The notes: generated from the letters alone by a model not told the origin. Numbered from the stretch's first letter, positions 27,850 through 42,987 are shown. The stretch is DNA of 64,000 bases from Eledone cirrhosa (GCA_964016885.1 OZ024740.1:309442001-309506000); one strand, 5' to 3'. Made by a program: numbers and translations.

Positions 27850-29962
27850 AAGAGGAATGACGTTTCAAATAAGGTTACATCCGAATAGATATCATTTAGT
27901 TTTCTGAAACATTATTTGCCCATACTATCCAGCTGCGTATATATATATTCTATTTCCAATTATGTTATAAGGTGGTGAATTACATTATTTAAAACATCTT
28001 AACTCGTTATTCTTTCAGACTCTTTGAGCCCTGCATACAAATCCCACCACGATCTCCTTCGTATTCCATCCTTTTGAGATCGATAAATAAAATATCAGTT
28101 CGACACTCGTGTTTCTTCCTTTTTACTCGTTTCTTCCTTTTTACCCTGTTCCTCAATTCTCTCTTGGTTTATCTCTCTGTTTTTCTGGAAAATAATCAGG
28201 GTTGTTCCGACATGGATAGGGGTGGATTCCACCAGGTTTAAACTGTTTAATACATGCCGCATGTAATAACTGTGCTCTTACGAAACATCAGCAGTTCATG
28301 GCCCATGATTTGGCAAATATTGATTAATAAAGTATTAAACAATTTCAAAGAATATTATCAAGAGATTCACACTTATACTAAAATGATGAAATGAGATAAT
28401 AATAACGTTGATATAATTTATCTCTCTAGGTATAAGGAGCAGCATTGTAAAGTCGACAACTATTTACTTGATTTACATAGTTGATATAATTTCAGGTGTG
28501 GGTAAAAGTAGCTTCTCTATAATGAGGGATTTCCCCTTATATATTTACCGCTGCAAGAACTTCATATATGTTAACCAATCGAAAAATGAGTTCTAAAAAT
28601 GCCGAATAATATTTACATATATTAAATATTTGCAAGCCTTTATATGTAGATTGTTTCCCATTTTTTATACATTAGCAAAGTAATATTGATTCTTCCATAT
28701 TTAATACATACGGATAGCATTGCACCTTTAATCTGTTATTGGTTTTAGGCTTAGGACTGCAGCCACATCGGTACTATTGACCCAGTATTTATTTAATTGC
28801 TCTATTTGTTAGACTGCTAATCAATCCGAAGTTATACCAGGGACACCCGTTCCAGGTACTACAGTGAAACTGAACCAGAAACCGTATGTTTGCGAAGCAA
28901 ACGTCTTACCTGGGTAACTATACAACGCATCGCATGTATTGCCACAATAAAATATAGTTAGATGTAGAATATTTACTTCACATTAACCACACATTTATTC
29001 AATATATTGTATGTTATTTTATGATGCCATACGTTTAATCTTTTTTCGATGAAATAGAATAGGTAATGAAATCAATACACTAAAATAGGAAGACTAAAGT
29101 TAAAATGCGAAGTAGAACCCAATGTGATTTGAAATCAGAATTTACTTTGGTGAACATAATACTGCAATATATGTAATTCGGTTTCTCACTATGTCAGACA
29201 CCTTCACTGTTAAATAGAAAAGTGGCAATTTTCAATATACCATTATTTTATCAAATAATTCTTAACACCAACATTTCACCTTTGGGACAGCTTGCTGTTT
29301 TCTATCAACTCTTCCTGACATTGTCGATTCATTGTTTTTGTCACGTTTGAATTCAATCTTCTGACTAGGTTCTGTTCGATATATTACTTTTATCAAATTG
29401 CCTAAATCTAGTTTATTACATAAAAAATAGAGAAACATTTGATCAGATATATTATTTCAATTCCTTATATATTCGATATACACAGAATACATTTTTCTAA
29501 CACGCACCTTTTTTTTCTCTTATTCCATATAAAAAAAAACATAAAATTAAAATTTACCTGAGATTCATTCATAATTTACTTTTAATTTTGTAAATGTTAA
29601 TTATTTGAAACATAGATGCTTATAGAACTCCACAAAAGAAACTTCGTTTGTTTTTACGTACAGGCTATAATCCTATGTCAATATTAATTAAACATTACAC
29701 TATTACGAAGGATCCTCTAGATCAGGGCTCGGTAATAGGTGGGATTCAAACCTTTCAAAATGTTTTATGAATAAGATATGTTATGATATACAAATAAGCC
29801 ATGGCCAATACATAAATATATCAACACTGACCAATTATAAATAGAAATTACTGCTCACGATCGGCTTTAATTAGTTGCCGATTCTCCTTCTATTTTTACC
29901 ATATCGTCTTAACAACGACAGCCTTCAACCAGAACCCATCCCTAAAACTTTGTTGATATATT

Positions 29963-30207
29963 AGAGAATTGCTCACAGAAATCAGAAATTTCAGAATCAT
30001 AATACGTGCACATGAAAATGCGTACTAGAACCTCGTTTTAATACATCTCCAAAAATAGTATGACTTGACTGCTAACTGTTAAATAAGTTTTACAGATGAT
30101 CACAATGCACCGAGTAATGAAGGACCATTACATTTCTTTCAGGTCTATTTCCGATATGAGCACGTATTATGATGCTGAAATTTCTGATTTCTATGAGCAA
30201 TTCTCTG
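29963..30207. repeat. 47-bp imperfect inverted repeat (MITE-like)
   Basis: AGAGAATTGCTCACAGAAATCAGAAATTTCAG.ATCATAATACGTGC and its reverse complement at 30160-30207. Confidence 0.7.
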
Positions 30208-31297
30208 CGTTTAACTCAAAATATTTTCATGTAACCATCCTCCTTATATCCACTTCCCTGTCGCTACTGGTGTACAAAAAGTTCCGTGCAAAAGACCCTT
30301 CTATAGAGAAGGGAAATCGACAAATAACACATTGCCTGCGGCAAATATTCTACTTGTGAACCATTGAGACATCACGCCCTAGTAAATAGATGACTAAAGC
30401 AAACACACACAGGCATTCACATTCACACACATGATTTAGAGCTTACGTATTTGAAATCAATAAACATTTATGTCCTCACAGTTTCTAATATTCTTATTTC
30501 TTCATTCATTCAGAATTAATTTATTCATTTAGATAGATGTAAAGATTTCTTTACCCTTAAATTGAAACCATAATAAAAAATGTAATGAAAATATTTTAAT
30601 CACAAATTGTTTTATAGTCAATAACGTGGATAATTAAATAGCGCCCCTTCTAATTTATGTAGAAATAAATATATACCTAAAATCTCACTGAATGAGGAAT
30701 GCACTTGTCATTTTTGTATGTATCAAATAATTCCCCATTACACTCATACATATACATTTATATTTACCACTAATAATAGAGAACGGTTTTCTGTAATCCA
30801 TTATCCATTTTTTAAACAATAGCTGACTTTCATAAATATCATACATAGCGCCTTCTGTAATCGGCGATGTTTACAAGCAGTTCTTGATTTTAGAAATTAT
30901 TTTTTTATTTCTAATTTAACCGAATTGTGAAAGTAGCTAACAAGGTGAATCGGTGTGCTATATTGTGTAATATATATATATATATATATATATGTATTTT
31001 CACATGTGCGAGTGTGTATCTTTGTCTATTATTTCCTCTTATTTTGTTATTCGGTATATAGTTCTGATTATCGAGCAACACTGGTTAAGGTTGACACCAC
31101 ACACATGTGAAAATACATACATACATACATACATACATACATACATTCATAGTCTACAAATGGCTGCGATAGCTGGCACCTTCAAAATTTGCAAAACACT
31201 CTTGCGATTCAAGGGATGACAATTTCTTTTCTTTTACAACCTTGCCATCAGGAAAGGTGGCCGGTCAAAAATATACTCGAAATTAAGAGAAAGAGAG

Positions 31298-31376
<79 letters not shown>

Positions 31377-31379
31377 CAC

Positions 31380-31622
31380 AAAAAAAAGAGAATCAGTGTT
31401 GCGACGGATGGAATTTATTGGACATATTACAATCGTTTCTCTGGCGACCAGCTCTAGGCACGATCGATGTGATGATCGAACTTGACTCTGAAATCGCAAG
31501 GTCCTCAGATACGTCTTGATCTACGAAGCAGATTTTCCAAGACGTATCTGAGGACCTTGCGATTTCAGAGTCAGGTTCGATCATCACACCGATCGTGCCT
31601 CGAGCTGGTCGCTAGAGAAACG

Positions 31623-31628
<6 letters not shown>
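31380..31628. mobile_element. Fold-back pair of hammerhead-bearing fragments (same family as 13513-13757)
   Basis: Inverted arms at about 31428-31518 and 31538-31628. Minus-strand hammerhead at 31421-31515; the plus-strand copy stops at ...GAAACGATTGTA and runs into (TA)n. Confidence 0.75.
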
Positions 31629-31691
<63 letters not shown>

Positions 31692-31779
31692 GAGAGGTAT
31701 AGAGATTGTTTTAGCAAGAAGCTAACGGCATTCTATAACATATATGCGACTATAACGTCAAGATGGGAAAAGTAGTTAA

Positions 31780-31827
<48 letters not shown>

Positions 31828-31844
31828 ATATGTGTGTATCTCAT

Positions 31845-32285
31845 TATTATATTGTCTCAAACTCCCCTATGGTCGAGTTAGCCCGAAATTGTACTAACTG
31901 ATTTCTCTAGCAAATACAATAGTCACTTTCTGTCTACCTTACTACTCGCCTGTAACGTCTGTATCATCTATTAATTTCTCCCTCAGCTTTCTGAGATATT
32001 TTCATTTGCTACAAGGGAAACAGTCCTTTTTCTTGACCGATGTATCACGTGTTAATTCCTCCTTCCGCCTATAGAGATTTTCTCAGGTGTTACAAACGCG
32101 TCTGGAAAACGTACGCTCCTTTTCTCTGAGATGTTCCTTGACCAGCTTATTGGCCTCACAACGGCGGTGCATTTCTATAATGTACAATTGTTGCATATGG
32201 ATCAGCGAAACACTGCGCAGTCGGGACTTTGAAGAAAAAATAGGTATATTTTTCTCTATTATTTCCTCTTACTTTGTAATTTGAT
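31845..32285 (+). mobile_element. Diverged relative of the 593-nt element with a decayed hammerhead (32133-32227)
   Basis: Shares AACTCCC..TGGTCGAGT, TTGACCG and CCTCCTTCCGCCT blocks with 12900-13110. GTTCC-TTGACCA-GCT...AGC-GAAAC-ACTGCGCAG-TC-GGGAC. Confidence 0.6.
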
Positions 32286-33061
32286 ATATATATATATGAT
32301 TTAATATTTCTTAGAAGATAAGATTTAACAAATGAGTTAAAATATACGCCGAAAAGAATAATTCTATATCGGATATCAGTGAAATTTTATTTGAAATACG
32401 AACTCGTATGTAATAAAGCAATAAAAAAAAAAAGATCAGTTGCACTTTGATAACAGCAATAAAGTTTGTAAATTCGCCTCTGCTACTCAAATAAAGTACA
32501 CGGGAAATCACTTCCAATGATTTGAATATGTGTTTAGAATAAATACAACGTAAATTGATATTGGAAAATGAATTGGAAATATCAAGGTGATTTACAAGTT
32601 TTCAATTATTATCTTTCAATGTCGCGAACTTAATCAAATCGCAATCGATCTGAATATTATAGTTAGGCTTATCGGATAGCAGATGTACATACGTGTATAT
32701 TTTTCAATTTTATTCTCAGTAACTTATCTATATTATTTGGTAAATTATCAAATATGATCAAATATGTAGATGTATTCTACAAGGTCAACCTAATTCCATG
32801 CTCATTGAACTTATATGCTTCTCTCTCAATATTCCTCTTCTGAGAAAGATTTCAGGAAGATTAGAAAAGGTTTCGTATCTTATATATCATTTTCAGACAA
32901 GTATAGCTTATTATCAAATTGTCCTTGCTATGCTCCAGATAACTCTTCCGCAACAACGAAATTATTATTCTATTATTTTTAAATATATATTAGTCATCAT
33001 TCTTGAAACGACAAAATAAGAACCAACAGTGATATTTATTCAAAATGTCTTGTGCTAATAA

Positions 33062-33246
33062 AATTGTTTCTACTTTTAGCACAAGGCCAGCAATTATCCT
33101 AGTGTATTACAGGTACTTTATTTTATCGACCCCGTAAGGATGAAAGGCAAAGTTAACCTCGGCGGGATTTGAACTCAGACCATAAAGGGCCGTAACTCTT
33201 TGGTGGAAAGCATGGCGTCCGACCCTCTACCGATACTGCCAATCCA
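33062..33246 (-). mobile_element. tRNA-derived SINE (major family)
   Basis: Same consensus. Confidence 0.85.
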
Positions 33247-33689
33247 TAGTCAATTGTCAACATGTTTTACTCAAGAGATGAAGAATACTGAGGAATGAGC
33301 GAAATAAATACTTGCACAGGTACTTCTCAGGCAATGAATATTCCAGCAGTATTGTATCCTACTTGTGGTTGTCGAAGATTAAATGAAATAATCTAAAGTC
33401 CAATTCAAGTCGACTTACAACTGAGAATGTCAAATATTTTCAATTTCATAAAGATCTGATTTAAGCCTGGACGATGTATAATTTAATTGGAAGTTCTGCG
33501 TAATATTGTTATTCCAATAAAATGGAATGTCCGTTATAAAACAGCCATTAGACTCTTTATTGACAAACAAAATATTTGTTTCTCTGTTATATATTATCCA
33601 TGGCGATTTTTTAATATTGTGCTAAACTGTTTGTCACCACCTAACACATGAACTGGGGATGGGCCTACGACATGTACTGTGAGGTGTAG

Positions 33690-34400
33690 GATGGATGCAC
33701 AAATATTGTGTATCCCGAAACCCAAAAGAGGGTTCGAAAGGGAGCCAACCGTAACCATGAGACTCTGGAACATCACAATCCTTACAGGTGAGGTACATGA
33801 ACAAGTGGAAGAGGCTAGCAGATAGATATAGTCGGGTTTTCTTCAACATGATTCTTGGTTCTGGTACTGTAGATTTGGATAGAGGATGGAAACTCCACTA
33901 TTTAGATGTGGCACCAGAATGACTGCACAAACGGGAGTGGAAATATTCACAAGTCCCCAACTGTCAAAATGTGTTATAGACTGGATCCCATTGAGAGGGA
34001 GGATTTGCCTCTTGAAGCTTAGGCAAATGGGTGGAGTACGTTTGTGCACCAAAGAAAGTTCTGAATACAGATCCTTCCTTGACGAAGTCACCGCAGCGAT
34101 AGATGTAGATAAGACTGAGTCATATTTTGATAGATTTCAATGCACATGTTAGCACATGCTATGGAAAGAAGTTATTGGAAGGAACGGTGACCCTGATCTA
34201 AATAGGAATGGAGAGGCCTTATTAGACTAATGTTCTAGTAATGGTCTCTCTATTATGAACACATTCTTCCAACACAAAGACACCCATAAATAAACATGGT
34301 ATAAGGGGAATCGGATACAGAGGTCAACAATTGATTTGTTATTGTCTCTGATCTCTTTAATTCTCTGCTGTGTTAAGAGAGAGGCTGAGTTGTTAATTGT
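33690..34400 (+). mobile_element. RTE-clade LINE endonuclease fragment
   Basis: GSWNITIL-like start, DFNAHV, IGRNG..DLNRNG and NTFFQHK motifs across frameshifts. Confidence 0.7.
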
Positions 34401-35433
34401 TCCCCATCTAGGTATCTGCAACCTGATGCTACCTAAATCCAAGAGAGCCAAAAAAACCGAGACGCCACATGAGAAATGAAATATTGTTGGCAGAAACACA
34501 TCATGGTAGAGAAACATCTGGGTGTAGGGGTTTATCTAACATTTTTTGGTGGAATTGTTTCTGGGACGTTATAAATGTAATATGCTCTTTTTGGCGCTTG
34601 ATATGTTTTTGTTTGATGTGAAATATTGCAGAACCTGCTGAGGAGAAATAGTCGTATTATAATATGTGGTACGTGATTGAATTTTGTAGGTTTTTTTTTT
34701 TTTTACCATGGGGACCATGCCTTGCTTGGATGCATTGCTTGGTCTATATTGATGGCATATTTTCCACATAATACACATAATGTAGCGCTCAAATGGGCTT
34801 TGGAGAGAGAGGAGGGTATCAGTTATTATAGTCGCCGCTGAGGGGTTTCAGTTTTTATAGAGTTTTGTTTTGTTTGACTGACCACATTAGGTAACAGTAT
34901 TCAAGGTGGGACCGGATGAATGTAGAGAAGATAAGGATAATGTTATAAATATCCTGAGACTCTATGTTTTATCTACTAATTGCTTGGATGTTGCCATCTA
35001 AGTGTTTGCACTTATTATATTATATATTTGTGACCCTACCACATTTGAATTATAACAAGTGCAAATCTATTTATATGACTGGCACGTTACCAAACCTTGA
35101 ATATTTGCATCACGTTTTAATCCAAGCAAGAACACTGGTTTATCTCCCCTCCAGGCCACAGTTTAACTGTAGAGATGCCATTAAGGTTTAAACCGAGATT
35201 AGCTTCATTTTGCCTCTATAAGAAGTAATTGCCAGTGAAATACTTCTACTGGCTTAACCAACCCTTACACTGATGCTAGAACTCATTTATGGCTTTTCTT
35301 GATTCTGTTTATTTTGCTCTCCAATCTCAGAACGGACACATACTGGGTGAATTAATCTATCTTGCCTGCTCTGTAACCGATGCACTGTGACAAATAAATA
35401 TAGGCGATAAACAATATAAAGTGAAAAAAACCT

Positions 35434-35526
<93 letters not shown>

Positions 35527-35536
35527 GAGAGAGAGC

Positions 35537-37119
35537 AAGGGTGGTGGTAGCATTTCTGAATTGGGGTGGGGGGTGGGTCAAATTTGGACAATTTAGTTCT
35601 GATGATTAGTTTAGCACGCTGCACTCTAAAATGGTCAGAAAACTTCGATATGCGATGAACATAACATGTACATAAATTGTAGCGCATATCCAAATAGATG
35701 TGTGTTTTGTAGTTTAGTAGTTTGGGAAGAAAATATAATTATTGAGACCCCCCCCCCCCCCCGCCCGCTTATTAGATTTTGCTAATCTATCTCCGGCGAA
35801 ATTTTATTGTAAATGATTCATATTGGAGAATATAATAATAATTTTATTTTACATTAAAAAAACATTATATATGACAAAAGAAGAACATTACAAGAAATCC
35901 CATATTTACGAACGTACACTATACAATTATTGATTTCCCAAGCCCCAACATTATTGCTATCTCTCCTATTATTTAGGACCCAAGAGTGCCACCATACTCT
36001 CTTCCTCTCTATGTCTATCACACAAAACTCTCTTTTAATCCCCCTCTCTGTATCTACTGAAACCAAACTCTGCCCCTCTCTATATCTACCACAACACCGC
36101 CTCTCCTATCTCACTCGCTATATCTTCTTCTTATCATGTCCACAAGAGTATCAGTTACAAAGCTTGGCTAGATGTGGTTCCGCCACAGCTGAACACATTA
36201 CTGTTCTTTCTTATTAAATTCTGCCAAGTTCAATGTTGTGCAGGGGCTGTTCCAGCAGGGGTCATATCAGGAAGTGCTGTGTAGTCTGCGCTTCGATGCC
36301 GCAGTCACACACAACGTGCCCATCCTTTAAATCCCCATCTTGCCAGATTGACTTTTGCACGACTAACGCCGGATCTTAATCTGTTGAGGCATTTCCACAC
36401 TGCATAGTTTGTATCTGCCCCGGGGGGGGGGGGGGGGGGGGCAGTGCCTCACTCGCCTTTAGCTCCATTGTTGTTACAGATGGGAGGTTGTTGAGTTTTT
36501 CTTCCTAGCGAGTGACTCTTTCACTAATTATGCCCCAATACACTCTTTTACTATCTATAAATATCAACACTTATCTCTCCTATTGCCCCTCTATATATCA
36601 ACCAGCCCTAAACTCTCACCCTCTCACTATCTACTACAGGGCACTCTCTTCCGATCCCCTCTCTACATCAACCATACAACACTGTCTCCCAATTCCCTCT
36701 CTATATCAGTTAACATCAAAATCTCCCCCTCTATATCTACTACATGGAACTCTCTTCTAATCTCCCTCTCTATATCAATTAACATCACCCAACCCCCCTC
36801 TCTATATCTACTACATGGAACTCGCTTCAAATTTCTCTCTCTATATAAATAAACACTAATCTCTCCCGCTCTCTATATCTAATATACAACACACTCTCCC
36901 AACCTTCCTCTCTATATGAATTACCACCAAACTCTCCCCCTCTCTATATCTATATCTATCTCTCCCATCTGTCTGCACATAACATGTACATAAACCGTAG
37001 TCCATATACAAATAGATATGTGTTTTGGTAGTTTGGGGAGAAAAATATAATTATTGGTGGTGGTGGTGGTGGTGGTGGTGGGAGCATGCTCCCCTGATCC
37101 CCCACTTCGACCGCCCCTG
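35537..37119. mobile_element. Paralogous composite TIR/minisatellite element without the Tx1 insertion
   Basis: Same left module (TTGGACAATTTAGTT...GCACTCTAAAATGG.CAGAAAACTTCGATATGCG), same minisatellite, and a second right end CCGCCCCTG at 37111-37119. Confidence 0.6.
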
Positions 37120-37989
37120 TATAGTATATATATGTATGTGTGTGTGCGTGTGTGTTTGTCTTGGTGTGTGTGTTTATGTGTTTGTATGCATGCCTGTCTA
37201 TACATATAGTTGGACGCCTATAAGCCCGAGTAATTAAGAAGATCGTTTGGCAATCATGAAATCTAGGCTTTGATCTCTCTGCTTGACAATTTCGGCAAAT
37301 GTCTCTAACATAGCTTCAGCTTGATCCAGTTTTATCAATGAAATTGCGCCCACGGAATGTGTTGGAACCCATTGCATCGATTGCCTCTGCCAGACAAAGG
37401 TCTAGAATTGTCACTTTGAATCGACTTACATTAACAGTATATGTCTTCATGAAATCCATGATTACTAACACGTTAATCCATGAGTTGCAATGTTATGAAT
37501 GCCTATAGTTGTAAATGAAGTGTGGTCTCTCCATGTCACTGTTGTTAGACTTCTGTCGGTTCCAACGTCGAATATTCTAGTTGTGCGATGAATGGAATAG
37601 CCTGTTCCAGAACTTACCCTGCAAGTGGCTGAACAGCGAAACACAATGGCTCAGCTTATGATTTGTCAATTAAGAGGACTGAATATTTTGCTCAAGGACA
37701 CAACACGATGGTCGGGACGTGAACTCAGCCGAACACCTTATCGACTAAGCCAAGCTCTTTCACGTGGGTGTGTATTTGAAATTGCGGGTACGCATGTTTT
37801 CCCCTTTTCTATATTCTGAGTTTACTTTTGACCGGCCACCCTCCTAGTGGTAAGGTTGAAAATAAAAAGGAAATTGTCGTTTCTTCCATCATTTGAATGG
37901 TAAGAATATTATACAGATTACGAAGGTTCGATACATCATGACCTTTTGTAGTTAATTAATTAAGGAGCTACATTCTTTCTCCATCAATC

Positions 37990-38640
37990 CAAACTGAGTT
38001 ATACTTTGGTCCTGGTGGGTTGGTATATAACCTGTAACTCTAGTAATAAAGGGTTTGAAGCTGAGCGTGTATTTTGGATACTCGATCTGCAAACTCCTCA
38101 TCAATGGTCCTCCTTGTCTTGAATTTTTCTTACCACACTGACATCATGAGGGCAGCTGACTTCTACAAGAAAGCACGTTTTTAGTGTATGGTCCCAAATA
38201 TTAATATAAGGTCGGATGTATTTTAAATTGGTGGCGGTTTTTATTTTTAGGTTCCACCAATATTCCTTTAAGTCAGCAGTCTCAATTTGTTCATCAGTCC
38301 ATATTTGAGTTTATTTTCGTCTTCCCTAATACATTCCAGATCATTCTAGCTATCACATTATGCCTCACCGGGAGGTAGTAACGAGAATACATTCTTTCGC
38401 AGTTGGCCATAGTGTGGCAAACACAGATCTGCCAACCTTTAAAAACCTAAACGAGGAATACAATGAAAAAAGTGCCCCCAAAAGAGGAGAAATGAAGCAA
38501 ATTGGGGAGATTTTTACACGAGAAGACATCACTCACCCACCCCAAAGTGGGTCGGAGATCTTCCCGTCCGACGAGGAGAGTTGACAGATCTGCTAACATC
38601 TTCGGTCTTTGGTTTACACACCCTAAGTTTATTCTCAACT
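37990..38640 (-). mobile_element. Decayed LINE with restriction-like endonuclease remnant
   Basis: Minus strand about 38215-38140 reads ...WDHTLKTCFLVEVSCPHD. Confidence 0.5.
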
Positions 38641-40302
38641 GATGACCTTCCTCTTTTTCACAGTGAGTACTTGATGGGGATTATTCCTGGATTGCATGGA
38701 ATGTGAGATGTTATGTGCATGTGTAACATAGACTAATATGTGTAATACAGAGTGTTGAAGGACATCGTCTGACTGAAATTATTCTTACACAATTTAAAAA
38801 CAAAACTAAGCACACAAATCACAGGATATATCTACATTGGTTGATTACCGATTACCAATTAATCGGTCTTAAATTACCGGCTGATACCGATTATCTATAA
38901 TGTAATTATATATTGTGATACGAAAATGTTTATCATAATCAATTATAAGTAACATATAGTACTAGATAAGTAATCACAATTACGCAGCAGCTACAATTTG
39001 AGAGCTTTTAAGTTTGTTATTTGTTTGATTCAAGTAAAATAACAAGAATCATTATTTTTAATTTCTAATTGTGTAGGTCAATGCGTTAGAGCACTAGGGA
39101 TCGCATTATTTTATGTTGATTGACTTTACCTGGAGTCCTAGGAAATACTTGTTTCGATGTATTTCTAAATATTGGCTCCAATGTGTTTTTCTAATTTCTC
39201 TGTCACCCATGGTTTGATTCTCTTGTTTCAAAAGAATAATATATTACCAAAACCGATTAATCGCCCTTTCCACTATCAAAGTAGATATCGACTATCTGTC
39301 GATTAATCGTTACAACCTAATATATACATATATATATTCATATATTTCGCTTTTCCCTCTAGTTTATCCCATTATTTGATGCTTTGCAATTTATGCGCCA
39401 TCTATACTGTACTTATCCAGTTCGACAAGTGCGTTTAAGCATGAAACTGTAGGTTCTTGGGTAACCGATGTAGCAGATTCATGGCTACAATGCAGTAAAT
39501 ATCACCATACTTATATATCAACTTTTATTTTTTCTTATCTATAACCAAGCCCGTGTGTTTGTGTCTGTGAGAGAGAGAGAAAGGGAGAAAGAGAGAGAGA
39601 GAGAGAGAGAGTGTGTGTGTTCACACACGTGTGTGTGAGCGTGCCTTACGTATATCTATATTCTCTGTAATAAATTATACATATAACTTCCAGTTAATCA
39701 AATAATCAATATTCGTTTTCTGTGTTACAAATATGTAGCAACTTAAAAACTAAACTCGAAAATTACTTAAGTTTTCAAAGACAAAATCTATTATAAGCAA
39801 TGTGGCGTTATCAAAGTTCCGATAATTGTATTCACTCATGATGGAATACAATCAATGAAGTATTTTGTCTCCCCACTCAATTTATCGTGTATTTGTCGAT
39901 AGGCCCCAAATAGTTATAGAGAAACATTTCTGTAGTCTACCATAATGTAAAGACATCTTGAGTGAAAATTATCGACTCTGTTAACCATCCATCACAATGA
40001 TGTGAAAACTAGTTTATCTTGAATAATTTTATTCTGATCTCCATACTTTACAATTCATAATAATTTTTGCCAGTATTTCTTCTTTCGTTTTTAATTAGCA
40101 CATTGTGCGTAAGACATTTAAATATAATAAGACAAACATATGAAGCAAAAGATAACAATAAATAGTAACTCTGTAGATCATACTTGGAATGATTCAACGT
40201 CTTGTCTGAATAATAAATAAACAAGTTTATTATACACGTCACTTGCATTAATTAATATATGACCCAGAGAGTAGAAATTATATGTTAATGATACTATTCG
40301 GA

Positions 40303-40523
40303 AATAATGGTTTCTCATATAGGCACAAGGCCAGCAATTTTGGGGGAGAGGAAAGTCGATTAAATCGACCCCAGTGCGTGACTGGTACTTTATTTTATCG
40401 ACTCCCATAAAGAGAAAGGCAAAGCTAGCCTCGGCAGGATTTGAACTCAGACCGTAAAGGGCCGTAACTCTACGCCACAAAGCATGGTGTCCAACAATCC
40501 ACCGATAATGCTAATCCACCGCT
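40303..40523 (-). mobile_element. tRNA-derived SINE (major family, long variant)
   Basis: Same consensus with the extra GATTTAATCGACTTTCC segment. Confidence 0.85.
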
Positions 40524-40794
40524 CTATACTATTCAGAAATAATTCTATTCAAAAAAAGTTATATTTTGAGTAATTATTTCATGGAAGAACATTCTAAAAG
40601 TCAAGCCATTCGATTTATTTCAGATGTTATCAAAATACAGTGCACTGAATTCTAGTGAGGTCTCATTCCAATTTTCCGAAAACATTCAAATCCAGACAGA
40701 AGCTGCTATAGCAGAGAAGGGTAATTATGTCATGAAAATATAGATACTATCATATCGAATGATTAGAAGTAAACATACACACACACGTACACCA

Positions 40795-41072
40795 GGTCCG
40801 AATACAGAGGAGTCAAACTCCCACTGTCATCGCCTCCATCTCTCTCACCATCCCCATCCCTCACTATTATAAACAAATGGGGTCCCACTCGCTGGCCGCC
40901 CCACGGCCCCAAAGGACAGAATAGAGAAGACGTTTCCTCGGAGGATGGTGAGGGAGATGCGCTGGAAGAGCCATTCCATCTCGCGAGGCTCACATCTGCG
41001 GCTAGCCAGCTCAGCGCATATGGTGGGGAGTAGGGAGGTAGCTCTTGGGCCAAGGTCACCAGAAGTCTCCAC
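40795..41072 (-). mobile_element. CRE-like LINE 3' fragment
   Basis: VETSGDLGPRA...REMEWLFQRISLTILRGNVFSIL. Confidence 0.7.
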
Positions 41073-42987
41073 TTGAATTTGAACTCAAAAATATAATATG
41101 TTAATGCGATACATTGAGTGTTTCCTGATAATTGTTTACTTGCTGGGTTGCAGAAACATCGTTCTTTATCTTTGCTTTCCCATTAATCTGATAACTATGA
41201 CATAAATTAGTTCAAACTTAGGTTCACTTGCCCAGAAGCAGAAGACATTTTAGCATAACTTACTAGATACAAACCGACAATTCTTTTTTGAATATTGAGT
41301 TAGCATGAATCCTTTATTTCAAACTAAAACCAATACAATTTCAACAGTGATGCCAAGCTTGTGAAGTTTGAATTCTGAAGGTTGTTGTTGTTGTTGAAAA
41401 AGAGAGAAATCCAGAGAGAGTGTGTGTGTGTCTAAAAGATAAATAGGTTGAGAGTATTGTTACCATAGTAACGCGCGCGCGTGTGTTTCTTTATGTCCTT
41501 CAACATATAGACAACACAGATTCTAAAAGAGACCATGACATTTTTGTGTGTACTTTTATTTTTGGTTGTTCATGTGTGTGTGTGAGTGTATGTAAGTCTG
41601 TGTGTGTCTGTGTGTATTTTACCGGCTGCATAGCGAGATGTAAGACCTCGTGTTAATAATATATCTGCAGGCGTAAGATTTAGAATTTTATGTCTCATAA
41701 TTATTTTTGAATTATAAAGAATTACTGTGTTCCATTCTAAACGTTCATAATTGTAATACATAACATGTATAAAACACTTATATCATAGATATATAAATAT
41801 GGTAACAAAATTTATTTCTCCTGTTTAATCCCAAGAAATAGCCATGATGCGACAGAATTACAGACAAACTAATTACAACCCTGATTATTCTTGAGTAGGG
41901 CAAAAAATAGTATTTTTGCAAAGTTTTCTGTCTATCAATCTCTTTGGAGTATTGTCGGTCAAAAACGATACAATTAAAATTGGTTTTATAATTGTCTTTA
42001 TGTAATCTCTTTATTGTATAACTATAATGTATAATTACACGAAAATATCTAAAATTAATTGATTATTTAATGCGATTGGTCTGAGTTGATGAGACTAATA
42101 TTTTTACCGTCCACTCAATATTAGTAAAGAACGTCCCTTTATAGACATTTTCTCATTTTCTTGTTTTTTTTGTGTGTTTTATTTTTTGCAAAAATGGCGA
42201 AAATTCTCGAAAGTGTAATAAATCCATGTTGAACTAATAGAATGGTGGCAATATAATTAGAAGCATTTTCACAACGACCGTCAGTTCAGTATAAATATTG
42301 GTAATCTGATGTTGCAAACAAATTGTTACCATTTCTTACACTTGAGCTTTAAATCTTCGTTGGTTTTTAATTCAATCATTCCTTCTAGTAATTGCATTCT
42401 TGTTACATCAATATTTGTAAATAACTGTAAAACAAAATCTGGAATCTCCGTAGCAAGAATATTTTCAAATCATTTCAATGAGTCCCAATGTAATGCTTAT
42501 GAGTGATGCCAATAGACAAGATCATGTTTTTTAATTTTTCTTTGAAGCAAAATGATTCAGAAACCTGTAAAATACTCCAGGTACAGGTTGAATATGAAAA
42601 AAAAAAAAAAAAAAGGACTTTGTTCGCGTACACCGCTGTTCGAATCATCTGTCATTAATACGCTTTGGTAAGTGTAATTTTGTGGCTTATATATATATAT
42701 ATATATATATGAAAAGAGTCATGATCACGACGGCTGAGCTACGGCCGTTTCGACAGCTAGATCCGAACAGTATCGAATACCCTGGTGCGTTTTGGTCCAC
42801 CTAGTATCTTACCTCATTTTCTTTGTTATATATGTATATATATATATACAGCATGATAAAACTCCGCACTACCAGCGATTTCAAGATGAAAACACCTATA
42901 ATCCATCAAATGCTTTTGAGAAAATGCAAATTATGGTTAGTATTTATTCTATGAGATAATTCTGGCGGAATTAGCTGATGGTGATGA

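Noticed and set aside
42735-42820. Minus-strand GAAACGGCCGTA half-site; similar relics at about 49530-49575 and 57282-57322
   Set aside because: The catalytic core or stem I is missing or mutated, so these cannot be called ribozymes.
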